Below the pieces are notes generated by a model. The model was not told where the DNA came from, did no database searches, and saw only the letters and a list, made by a program, of their open reading frames with translations. Position numbers and translations under genes: made by a program. A DNA stretch of 64,000 nucleotides from Octopus vulgaris (Eukaryota): contig OX597830.1 in NCBI GenBank assembly GCA_951406725.2, forward strand, positions 68,510,001-68,574,000, in the 5' to 3' direction. Below, piece by piece: positions 1 to 62,041 of the stretch (within the stretch, counting starts at the first letter, position 1; the number at the start of each line of letters is the position of its first letter).

Positions 1-69
1 ATGAGAAAAGACAGCAGCCTGCAGTCAGAGATCTCACAAAATCTCTTTCTGCACATTATATGATACTTG

Positions 70-860
70 GTTGTTAATTATTGTAGGAAACTTTCAATAT
101 ACAAGCACCAATCTCAAAATCCTACCTGTCCCCAGTAGATCAGTTTTTTGGCCTTGCTCTGCTCTCATGTCAATTCCGATTTCTTTGACATATTTCTCGA
201 ACTTGGTTGTTAGTGCTCGGAGTGCCCTTAAAACTACTGGAATGACAGACACTCTCCTCGTAGTCTATATTCTCGCAATTTCGTCTTTTAGAAGTCTGTA
301 CTTTTCAATCTTTTCTAGTTCTTTGTCACTTATGCGTGCATCTCCGGGTATTGCAATATCTATAATCTTGGTTTCCTTTTTCCCTTTATCTACCACAACA
401 ATATCTGGTCTCCGAGCCATGATCAAGGAATCACATTGGATCGTAAAATCTCACAGTATCTTATGTTCCTTGTTCTCAGTGACTACTTCTGGTTCATGTT
501 CGTATCATTTCCGTATTCAGTTCAGGTCGCACTTTTCACAGCGTCCAGGAGACAAACTTAGCCACATTATCGTGCCTCCTTTTGTAGTGCTTTTGAGACA
601 GCTTGCTACACTCACTCACAATATGTGAGATTGTTTGTTTTCGCTTGCACACATCCTAAAAAGAGGCGGTTCGGAATTTGGTGTAATTAGTTCTCAGAGC
701 TTGTTCCTAGGTGCTACATATAAATGCCTCACTGCATCCTTTCAGATCACTTTTTCTTAACCATCTGTAAGTATTGATCTTGTCTTTTCCTTCGATTTCT
801 CTGAGGTATTGCCCATGCAACGGTTTCATTTTCCAGTTGTGTACTCTTTTTTCATTTTGT
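70..860 (-). mobile_element. 3' fragment of an R4/Dong-like non-LTR retrotransposon (zinc knuckle + restriction-like endonuclease)
   Basis: The minus strand reads ...KPLHGQYLR..., HIVSECSKL and KIL.DFTIQCDSLIMARRPDIVVVDKGKKETKIIDIAIPGDARISDKELEKIEKY...LLGTGRILR, with the RLE RPD..D..K motif. Confidence 0.8.
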
Positions 861-1621
861 TTCTTAAATGCTTGTGGGTGCCCTCCTGTTACAGGAGAAC
901 TTATAGGCATAATCGAGGAACCACACTGTCCGAAATTTCCCCGAACACCAAGAGCAAGTGCCCACTTCGACTTACAGGTCTACACTGAGAGAGGTGCCAT
1001 CCACTCTTGCCATTTTTGCAACTTTCACCCACCTTTCAAATACACTCACTCAAGGACAGAACTTCCCTCTCCACTCGCAATTTCATTTTTCAAGTGAAAA
1101 TCGACTTCCTTTCATAGAGATTTTTATTTTCCTGTAGCCAGGGGAGACGTTTACGCTGGTCTATATTTATCGACTGCGTGATGTTTAGTTCTTCTACTTT
1201 TGTTATTTCTTCAATTGGTTCGTCTCCCTCCTCGGTTTTAGCTGGTGTGTGTTATTTTGTTTGTTGTTGTTTTATGCTTCAGTATTCGCCTGTCTATGTG
1301 TGTTGTTTATGTGTATGTGAGTGTATGGAGTGTCATTATGCATCTGTATACCAATTCATTAGTGTTCTTTTTTTATGTCTGTAAACATTAAAATCTCCCT
1401 AACACATTCAGTATAACACAATCCATATTCTGATACTTTCTCTCCCTATTTCCAAAGCTATCTCTCTCTTTCTCTTTTTCCCACTTTTCCCTGCTCTTTG
1501 TTACTCCCCCAATTTCTATTAGCTGTATATTTTTCTGTATCAGAACAAAAAAACACATATTTTTATGTGACAATGGTTTTTATAATATGTATAACAATTA
1601 AAATATTGATTTGATTTCTAG

Positions 1622-52804
<51,183 letters not shown>

Positions 52805-53731
52805 GTAAATTTTTGTTTCAGTTATTTTCTTTTTTTAACTTTTTATCTAATCTTTTCTCCATATTAACATTAAATATTGATTTATAACATTTTACTGTTA
52901 ATGTTTGAATGTTTAATATTAATTATTAAGTTTTAACATTTAAACATTAGATTACATCAAGGAATCAAGAAAAGACCCTTATAATTTCCATTCATGTTAC
53001 AATGCTCATTTTGTGATAAAGGAATTAATATAATATATTCAAGGTTTTTGGTTTTTGTGTGTGTGTTGCTTTTATATTTTACTTGAAGTGAAAAAGTAAA
53101 ATGATTGAGTGAATAAGGTGTTAGATTACCAGACCTTAGAGAATGAGTTCTATTCTACTTCAGGTATTTCATTGTTTCTGGGAAAAATACCATATTCTAC
53201 ATAGCCTCAGTTTCCTTAGTTATCAAGAATAAACACATCAGTTTGGCAGTGTTCCGTCTCTTCTCAAATATTATCAATCATCTTGGTCGCTTGTTTGACA
53301 TTGGATCTAGTTTCTGGTTCTGCTTAGAATTTGTGTGCAATGGACATAACTCAAAAATTCATTCGTTTGTCTAGATTTACTATTTCTAAGAGATTAAAGG
53401 AGTATGTGGTTATATAGCAGAGAACTCTTGCTAAATACAGCAGGAGCCTGGTTCTATGAGCATTATCTCAGGAGCCTTATTTGTTTTTGTTGATTCTTGG
53501 GATTCAGTCATATTATTTACATGAATCAAAGTAGTAAAAATAAAGACAACACATGACTTGTAGCTTTTTAATCTCTAACCACCACCTGTTTCAGAAATCC
53601 TTTAAAGACCTAGATACTTCACTTTTCCCTTTGTCTAAGTTAGAAATATTATAACAATGAAAATATAAAAAGAAAGAGGTACCTTGAGGACTGTAGGAAA
53701 TTTGAATTAAACTACCTTGGGAATATCAACT

Positions 53732-54845
53732 AGAATATGCTGTGGAGAAGAACTTTGTAGCCAAGTTTCCTCAACTTCTGGAGCATCATTAGTGAAACCT
53801 ATGGCCGAGCATTGTCACGAAGAATGATTGGCTCTCTTCTGTTGCCTTGTCTGGAACGGAGTAGTAGCAGTTTTTTGTTCATTTTGCGTAAAAAGTATGC
53901 AACATTTTGAATCATGAAGAATTTGTACTGGATTTTTTTCAGAGTTTTGAATTATTTAAAGCACTTTATTGCAATTGTATGATAATATAGACATAGACTT
54001 GCCCAAATGCAACGGTAAATTAACGTTGATATTTCTTTAGCCATTGTCAGAATCATCTGAAATGGAGTTGTCAATGCGCGATATTCAAGCAAGTTTGCTA
54101 TTCAACTTCAAAATTGGATGCAAAGCAGCTGAAACTGCTTGTGATATCAACGAAGCATTTGTTGAGTGGTCATCTCGAAAATAGTTTAAACGATTTTGCA
54201 GTGGAGACTAGGGCCTTGAAGATTGTGAGCGTAGCCCATCTGTCATCGATTACGGTAAATTAAAGACCGTCATTGAGAAAGATCCATGTACAACGACTTG
54301 AGAACTAGCACGTGAACTTCACGTTAACCAGAAAACTGTTTGAAACCATTTGTATGCAATCGAAAAATCAATAAAGCTCGACAAATGAGTACCACACGAT
54401 TTGAATGAATATCAGAAAATGTACAGATATGAAATTTGTTCGTTGTTTCTTCTTCGTAACCAGACCGAACCATTTCTCAACCATATTGTAACTTGTGATG
54501 AAAAGTAGATTCTGTACAATTATAAAATAAGTTCTTTGCAGTGGTCGGAGTAATATGGAGTACCTAAAACCTTTCCTAAACCTGAGCTCTTCAAAATGGT
54601 TATAGTGACTGTTTGGTGGTTCACTGCTGGAGTCATCCACTATAATTTCTTTAAACCCGGAAAAATCATTAACTTAGAAACATATTGCCATGAAATTGCC
54701 AAAATGAACAAAAAACTGCTACTCCTCCGTTCCAGACAGGGCAACAGAACAAGGCCAAACATTCTTCATGACAATGCTTTAATGATGCTCCGGAAGTTGA
54801 GGGAACATGGCCACAAAGTTCTTTCCCACCTAGCATATTCCCTAA
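53732..54845 (+). mobile_element. Degraded mariner (Tc1/mariner) transposase with inverted duplicate of its 3' part at the 5' side
   Basis: From ATG 54062: ...FKIGCKAAETACDINEAF, FLNHIVTCDEK*ILY, VTVWW...GVIHY, ILHDNA. 53732-53887 is the reverse complement of ~54700-54842. Confidence 0.85.
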
Positions 54846-54899
54846 TTGACAGATAAATTATCTGTCAATTACTCTGAAGTAAACTGGCTATATGAAAGA

Positions 54900-55587
54900 G
54901 TTATACTAGCTCCAACTAATGACATGAGCTTCTTCAAAGTTAACAGATACATCAGAAATGACTTTTTGATCAATTGACAACAGTCGATCAAAATCAGGTC
55001 CTTCAATACTTGTTGAATTTCTGAACACACTTAAATCCATTGGGATGCCACCGCATAACTTGACACTAAAACTGGGTGCTCCCATTATGTTGCATAAGAA
55101 TCTTGACCCATTTAGCCTGTGTAATGGAACTCACTTAATTGTTACTTCCAAGAAGCCCCATGTCCTTCAGGCAACAATCATAACAGGTAGTCACAAAGAA
55201 GAAAATGTCCTTATTTCAAAAATTCCTCTCGTACCTACTGATGTTCCATTTGAATTTAAGAGGCTTCAGTTTCTAGTCAAACTAAGTTTTGGTATTTCAG
55301 TTAACAAATATCAGAGTCAATCCCTCAAAGTAGTTGGACTTGATCTCTCCACTACAAACTTCTCCCACGTCCAACCCTTTGTTACTCCCTTGCGAGTTGG
55401 AAGCAGCAATAATTTATTCATTTCAACACCAACAAAAAATGGCACAGTGAATATTGTTTACCTGAGGTGCTTCGGCATTGACAGATTTTCAGTTCAAAAT
55501 TCTATTAACATTACAATTTGTATATTTATTGTTTACTAATGTAAATAAGAAATGCAATAACCCAGACAACGTCGGTCATTCAGCTAG
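54900..55587 (+). mobile_element. Helitron 3' remnant: PIF1-like helicase C-terminus and 3' hairpin + CTAG
   Basis: MPPHNLTLKLGAPIML.NL...LCNGT...FKRLQF..KLSFGISVNK.QSQSL..VGLDL; terminal accc.gacaacgtcggt...CTAG at 55560-55587. Confidence 0.8.
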
Positions 55588-55703
55588 CATACACACGCAC
55601 ACACAAGCATGCACACACACACATACATATAAACACACGTATACATAATTATATATATACATGCCTTCATATATATGGATATATATATATATATATAAAT
55701 AAA

Positions 55704-56454
55704 ATAAAGAGGCTTCCAAAGAGGAAAGCCTTGTGCTAGAAAGAACAGTAGAAAAACTCAAACCACCAAATAAAGATAAATTCTTGAAAGGAATGAAAAT
55801 TAAAACGTTTACCATCTCAATTATTTCCCAGGCCATGGTTTCTAACTATTTCCAGCAAAAAAATATTCGCTGAAGGCCAGTTTTATCAGTGGGACAGCCT
55901 TTAGATTTCAAATATACACGCAGCCAGTTCCACATGTAAAACTAACTGCCTGTATATCCTAACTTTCCAGATCACTGAGCAGACACAGATTATACCCGGC
56001 GACAGAGAGGATGCCGGTAAAAATTTCGAACAAATTTCTCAAGGAATAAACATAATAAATATCAATAGGGTAATAAGAAATTATTATTACCAGTGGCCTA
56101 GCACAAAAACGAATTAGTCATTAGACTATATATTATTCACATAGAAATATAATGTCGCCGGGTATAATCTGCGTCTGCGCAGTGGTCTGAAAAGTTAGGA
56201 TGTACAGGCAGTTAGTTTTACATGTGGATCTGGCTGTGTGTATATTTGAAATCTAAAGGCTGTCCCACTGATGAAACTGGCCTTCAACAAATATTTTTTT
56301 GCTGGAAATAGTTAGAAACCATGGTCTGGGAAATAATTGAGATCGTAAACGTTTTTAATTTTCAATACTTTCGAGAATTTATCCTTATTTGGTGGTTTAA
56401 GTTGTTCTACTGCTCTTTCTAGCACAAGGCTTTCCTCTTTGGAAGCCTCTTATT
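55704..56454. mobile_element. Second fold-back (inverted pLTR pair) of a Penelope-like element, arms ~300 bp
   Basis: 55704-56004 is the reverse complement (with scattered mismatches) of 56153-56454. It starts next to (TA)n and contains a hammerhead motif. Confidence 0.85.
56264..56330 (+). ncRNA. Type I hammerhead ribozyme motif
   Basis: ccca-CTGATGA-aact...agtta-GAAA-ccatgg-TC-tggg: stem I ccca/tggg, palindromic stem III, GUC site. Confidence 0.75.
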
Positions 56455-56659
56455 GTATTTCTATTGTATTTCAGAGGTAAGTGTTGGTCGAATATAGAGC
56501 AGAATTTGAAATTAAATGAAAGACAATGGAGAGATTATGCATTCTCTTTAACTTGTCATTTATTTTTCAACACACTTTTTATATACACTTATACATGTGT
56601 ATATATGTAAGTGCATACGCATGTGTGTATGTGTGGTATGGTGTGTGTGTGTGTGTGTG

Positions 56660-56980
56660 CAAAGGCACACGTCTTAGTGGCTAAGTGATTTGCGTATTTG
56701 ACTCACAATCGTAAGGTTGTGAGATCGAGTCAGAGCAGCGTGTTGTGTCCTTGGACAAGATACTTTATTTCACGTTGATCCGGTCCACTCAGCTGATAAA
56801 AATGAGTTGTACTTGTAACACCTTGTCACATTGTGTGTTCTGCTTCATCTTCAAGAGAACAATGTTAGGGATGTGCGTGTCTGTGGAGTGCTCAGCCACT
56901 TGCACGTTAATTTCAAGACCATGCTATTCTATCGATCGGATCAACTTCTTATCGTATCCAACAGAGTGCCAGTTCTATAG
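56660..56980 (+). mobile_element. Probable tRNA-derived SINE, diverged
   Basis: Head ggcacacgtcttagtggctaag...cacaatcgtaaggttgtgagatcgagtc followed by gtgtccttggacaagatacttt. Confidence 0.5.
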
Positions 56981-57244
56981 GCATATATGTGTTTGTGCGT
57001 GTGTGTGAGTGCATTCATATATGTATGTATGTATATGTATATGCATATATGTATCTATATATCTGTCGAATGGTGTATGAATGAATGTGTGTGTATGGGA
57101 GGGTGATTATGCATCTGTATTCATTAGAGTTCTTTCTAATGTCTGGGAACATCAAAATCTCCCCACCAACAATTTCAGTATAACTCAATCTATATTCTAA
57201 TACTCTCTCTTTTTCTTCCCTTTCTCTTTTTCCACTGTCTTTCT

Positions 57245-57246
<2 letters not shown>

Positions 57247-57322
<76 letters not shown>
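57247..57322. repeat. (TC)n microsatellite, target of Tx1-like LINE
   Basis: Direct reading; the element begins immediately after it. Confidence 0.95.
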
Positions 57323-57325
<3 letters not shown>

Positions 57326-57485
57326 CGGTCGTGTTATTCTTTGCTCCGCAGTGAAAGATTGTTTTTGTGCTGAAAAGTTTGAAAATTTGCTGTTTTGGTC
57401 GTCGAGGCCACATCTTTTCTGCTATTGCAGCAGAGTTCTGCTGTTTTTTCCCCCTTGTTTCAAAGGGGAAGTGACGAAAAAGACA

Positions 57486-59025
57486 TGAATTTGCAACCAG
57501 TCTCCTCCGAGTCGGAGGAAAACGTTGAAAATTTGTTTGAAGGCATGAAGGCGAAAATGCGGGAGGAGGAAGGTAGAAGTAAAGAGACGTCTCACGCGAG
57601 CGTCACAAAAGCAGACGACAATATGTCTGGCGAAGCTAGTAAACGACAAGAAAAGGCAAAAATAAATTTTGCGAGTGCAGCAATTCGCCCCTGTGAAAAT
57701 ATAGTCATTAACAAGGAAGAATTAAAGAAATACCAAGGACTACTAAAAAAAGAAGGTGATAATGTGAAGTTGTTCCCTCCCAGTGAATTGATTTACGCGA
57801 CGGAGAGAAAAACTGTAATTTACAAGACGTATAATGTCAAAAATAAGAAAATTGACTTCGTACAGAGAGAAGCCATTGAAAAATGTTTGAGGCCGATATG
57901 GCAACAAACAAGTTATATAACAAGGGGTAGTCGCTTCGGCACGGTAGAGGTGCGTTTCCCTAGCGAAGAAATAGCTAGGGAACATTCAACAAGAACGTTG
58001 AAGTCGGAAGAGGTAGTTCTTTTACCATTTTATTTAGGAATGAGAACTAGTAGAATAACGGTTACGGACATTCCGCCCGAAATAGATGTGGACTTCATAA
58101 CAGCAGCGATTCTCTTAGGCAAAGAGGAAGAAATTGCCATTCTTCAGTCTAAAAGATATCGCCCCACAACCTGGTATGGACAGGACTTAGAGCTTGTGAT
58201 CCAAGCGAACCCCTCGGACTTGGAAAAATTGCCAAGCACCCTCACCATTGGAGATACCACCTTGATGGTAATAGTCGAGGAAGAAAACCTAGGTGTTATA
58301 AATGTGGCGAGAAAGGCCACATAAGGTCGAGCTGCAAGAAGACAGCCAAAGAAAATACTGCAGAGGCAAGCACGACGCCGAAAACAACTTCACCGCTAGA
58401 AATAGCAGCCACGTCGCGCACCCCAATTGCCGAAGTTCAGCCGACAACAGGAGAAAACAACGACAACAACGATGACAACAACAACAACAACATCCAGGAG
58501 TGGGTCAACGTGGAAGCTTCAAAAAGAAGACGGAAACGGAAAAATCCACCCTCTTCGGATACACAGGACTATACTCTGACACAGACAAGCACACCCACAC
58601 CCACAAATACAGTCGCAAACACACACGTAGCCAAAAAAACACACACACTGGAAAAAGCACACACAAACACTCACACACCTACCACAAGCACGCACACACC
58701 TACAGACACCCACGCTTCTACAAGCACACACACACCCACAAACACACACACACAGCCCCCTCCACAATCACCTAACAAAAAAAAAAGAAACACCTTCACG
58801 GCGATAAATAAAAACAATAACCCATTAAGGGAAAAAATTAATTTACTGAAATCGGCGAAAAAATATATCGCAACAGATATAAATAGTATTATATCCGAAA
58901 ATGTAGAATTTTACACGATAGATAACGAGGATTATTTTGAAATTAAAAAATCTTTTGCGGAGGACGTAGGCCCGTTACAGATGAACTTTTCAAGCCATCT
59001 GTACAAGCAATTCGCAAAAAACTGA
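57486..59025 (+). pseudogene. Tx1-like ORF1 (gag-like, CYKCGEKGHIRSSC zinc knuckle), frameshift near 58280
   Basis: The 309-aa and 171-aa ORFs are joined by a missing G (gtcgagg vs gtcgaggg in copy 2). Confidence 0.85.
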
Positions 59026-59118
59026 CCTCGCAAAACACAACACTCACAGACAGAAAAGATGAGGGTGAAACTACACCCTCTCTTCTGTTAAAACAGTAAG
59101 TTTTAAACATTCGACTAA

Positions 59119-61690
59119 ATTTTCACATTCTCGTTTAAACTCGGTTGTATAAATATTCGCGGCCTGGGGTCGTATTGGAAGCAAGGCTACCTCCTTAACG
59201 ACCTTAGGTCGCATCGTTTGGATGTAGTGGTAATTACCGAATCCAGACTGAGTGGACTGCGGGCCTTTTACGCCCCTTCTAAACGGCTACGAGAAATACG
59301 TTTCTCCCTGTCGACCTGGAAGGGGCGGTGGAGTGGCAGTGCTAGTCAGGAAAAACCTGGATTTAGAGATTAGAACTGTCTTTATAGATCCGGAAGGCAG
59401 GTTGGTCGTTTTGGATGTGACGCACAGCAGTGGTAAAGTGTTCAGGCTGGTCGCTGTCTATGCTCCCTGCGAAGGAAAAGCCGGGCAGAAAGAGTATTTC
59501 AAAAGCCTAGAGAATTTTCTTGGCACGTCGAACACGTTAGTATTGCTAGGTGACTTCAACATAATTTGCGATGCAAGCGTAGATTATGTTGGCTCAGAAA
59601 AGAATAGGAGGGGATTACTTCACCTCAACGATATGCTAAGTCGTTTCGAATTGGCAGATAGATTCAGACTGGACCATCCAGACATTCCAGAGTGGACCTG
59701 GGCAAGAAACGACGGGTCGTCCAGATCTTATATCGATAGAATCATAACTAGAAGGAAAGATAAGAAAATACTTAGCTGTCCACAACACCATATCGTCAGC
59801 TACAGCGATCACAAATTCGTGACCTGTACGCTCGACATAGATAGCATGTGTAGACGAGGTACCGGCTACTGGAAGCTAAACAAGTCACTATTGGACTGTG
59901 AAGCCTACAGGAATCGGATTAAACAATTAGTAATGAGGGCGTTAACCGGATCCATTATCAACAATAAATGGTGGTACGCCCTGAAAAGAGCCATCAAATT
60001 TGAGTCAATTAGGTTTAGCAAAGAACTAGCTAGTGCTAGAAACAAAGTAGAAAAGGAACTAGTTAAGGCTATAGAGGAGGCAATGAGGTCAGGCTGTGCA
60101 TCGAAAGTGTTAGCGGCGAGGTTAGCACTAGACCAACATCTCCAAGCTAAACATGAAGGATGCATTATTAGGGCTAAGATCCGTGCAATGAGACAGGAAG
60201 GGATCAACGCAGCCGGATGGGCTCGGGTGGTAGAGGGCCAGCGTGGCAACAACTCAACCATTCGATCCTTGACGGGCCCAAATGGTCGATTAGTAAACGA
60301 ACCCGAGGAGATGTGCAAGGTGTTTCATGATCATTTCGCCCAGCTATTCGGGAGGAGCGGCGAGCTGGAGCGCGGGGAGAATCTCGCAGACTTCCTAGCC
60401 GGTTCGCCGCGTCTATCGAGGCCGGACGCGGAATCTTGTGAGGCGCCGATCACAGCCAAAGAAGTCGAGGATATGTTGGCAGAATGCGGCGGGGACAAAT
60501 CGCCGGGACTCGATGGTCTGCCTTACGAACTCTATAGTAGCATGCCAGACTTGTTTGGGCACCTACTTGCATGCGTGTACACCAACTGGCAGCAGAACGG
60601 GAGAATTCCTAAGTCTGTGAGCCGAGGGGTGGTAGCGTTGTTAAGAAAGGACCCAAACAAGGGGGATTTAATTGATAATTTCCGGCCTATCACTCTGCTT
60701 AACGCAGAGTTGAAGATCTTGGCCAAGGTCTTAGCAAAAAGGTTGGTGAGGGTCGTGGGTGAACTTGTTGGCGAGGCGCAAACTTGCGCCATCCCTGGAA
60801 GGACCATCCACGACAATCTCCACTTTCTACGCTATGCCTTAGAAAGGGTAAATAGGATTCCTGGCAAGGGTGGGGCTATGGTCCACTTGGACCAATCGAA
60901 AGCGTTTGATAGGGTGGACCATCAGTATCTGGCGGCGGTCCTCGCGGCGGCTGGCTTCGGCCCGACCTTCCGCGGATGGATCATCGCTTTATACAGCAAC
61001 ATCGAATCGGTAGTTCGGGTAAATGGTTTCCTTTCGGAGCCGTTCAGCATTGAACGTTCGGTACGTCAAGGGTGTCCTCTCTCCCCGCTTCTCTACGTTT
61101 TGGCCCTCGAGCCGTTGCTGAGGAGGTTGGAAACTATGAGAGGCACCCCGCAAGATCTAGGGTGCGGAAAGTCAGCTTCAGCGTATGCGGACGACATCAC
61201 CGTCATCGTTTCCCGAGTCGAGCACCTACAGTGGGTGGGTGAGGCCTTAAGGGACTACGAAGCGGTGGCAGGAGCGAAAGTCAACCGGGATAAATCGGTC
61301 GGCTTGCAACTCGGCACCTGGAGGGGCAAGTCGATGTCTTCCGACAGCGTCGTAGGACGTTGGACGGAAGGACCGGTGAAAATGCTTGGGATCTGGTTAG
61401 GTCCAGATCTCCAGATAGAGAAGAATTGGAGCGAGGTGGCGAGAAAGGTGGCTCTCCTAACTCAGACATGGTCTGAACGGAATCTGTCCTTGAAAGGGAA
61501 GGCGGAGGTTGCAGAAATGTTTATCGCCTCTGTAATCACTTACCGCCTAACCGTAGTGCCTTGCCCCGATTCGTGGCTGAACAAACTGGAACGCATGCTC
61601 TTTCGCTTTTTGTGGAGGGGCAGCAGACCTCTTGTAAGGCGCTCTATTTGCTGTCGCAAAGTGTGTTTCGTAAAAGATGGAAGTCTATAG
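59119..61690 (+). CDS. Tx1-like ORF2: APE endonuclease + reverse transcriptase (one frameshift near 59268; C-terminal domain missing)
   Basis: CINIRGL...ITESR, VAVYAP, LLGDFN, SYIDR, SDH, KSPGLDGLP, NFRPITLLN, LDQSKAFDRV, VRQGCPLSP, AYADD. Confidence 0.92.
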
Positions 61691-61936
61691 CAAGTATGTT
61701 GCGAGTGAAAGAACCTATTTAATCGAGAATGTAAAAAAGGATAAAGCAAAGTCTTCAGTGTGAGTATGTGGTTTGTGGGGTCGACCGCGTCCTCCGCTTC
61801 ATTTTTTGTTAATCACTCATTCTCATTTAATTGTATATATATTAATTGTTTGTTTATTCATGTTTCGTCTCATTCGATACCCTGACCCCAACGTTTGTTT
61901 TGTCCCCTCTTTTTCTCAACCTTATGGTGAATAAAG

Positions 61937-61941
<5 letters not shown>

Positions 61942-62031
<90 letters not shown>

Positions 62032-62041
62032 CCCTCTCTCT
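61942..62041. repeat. (TC)n spacer between tandem Tx1-like copies
   Basis: Direct reading. Confidence 0.95.

Larger units (their letters stand above)
57323..61941 (+). mobile_element. Tx1/L1-clade LINE, copy 1 (ORF1 with CCHC knuckle; ORF2 APE+RT), inserted in (TC)n
   Basis: Starts GATCGGTCGTG after (TC)n and ends AATAAA-gaaata before (TC)n; two-ORF layout. Confidence 0.93.

Noticed and set aside
71-628. 185-aa + strand ORF
   Set aside because: It is antisense to the RLE domain of a LINE on the minus strand.
55045-55539. Host PIF1 helicase gene
   Set aside because: It is an intronless fragment with decayed motifs followed by a Helitron-type hairpin and CTAG.
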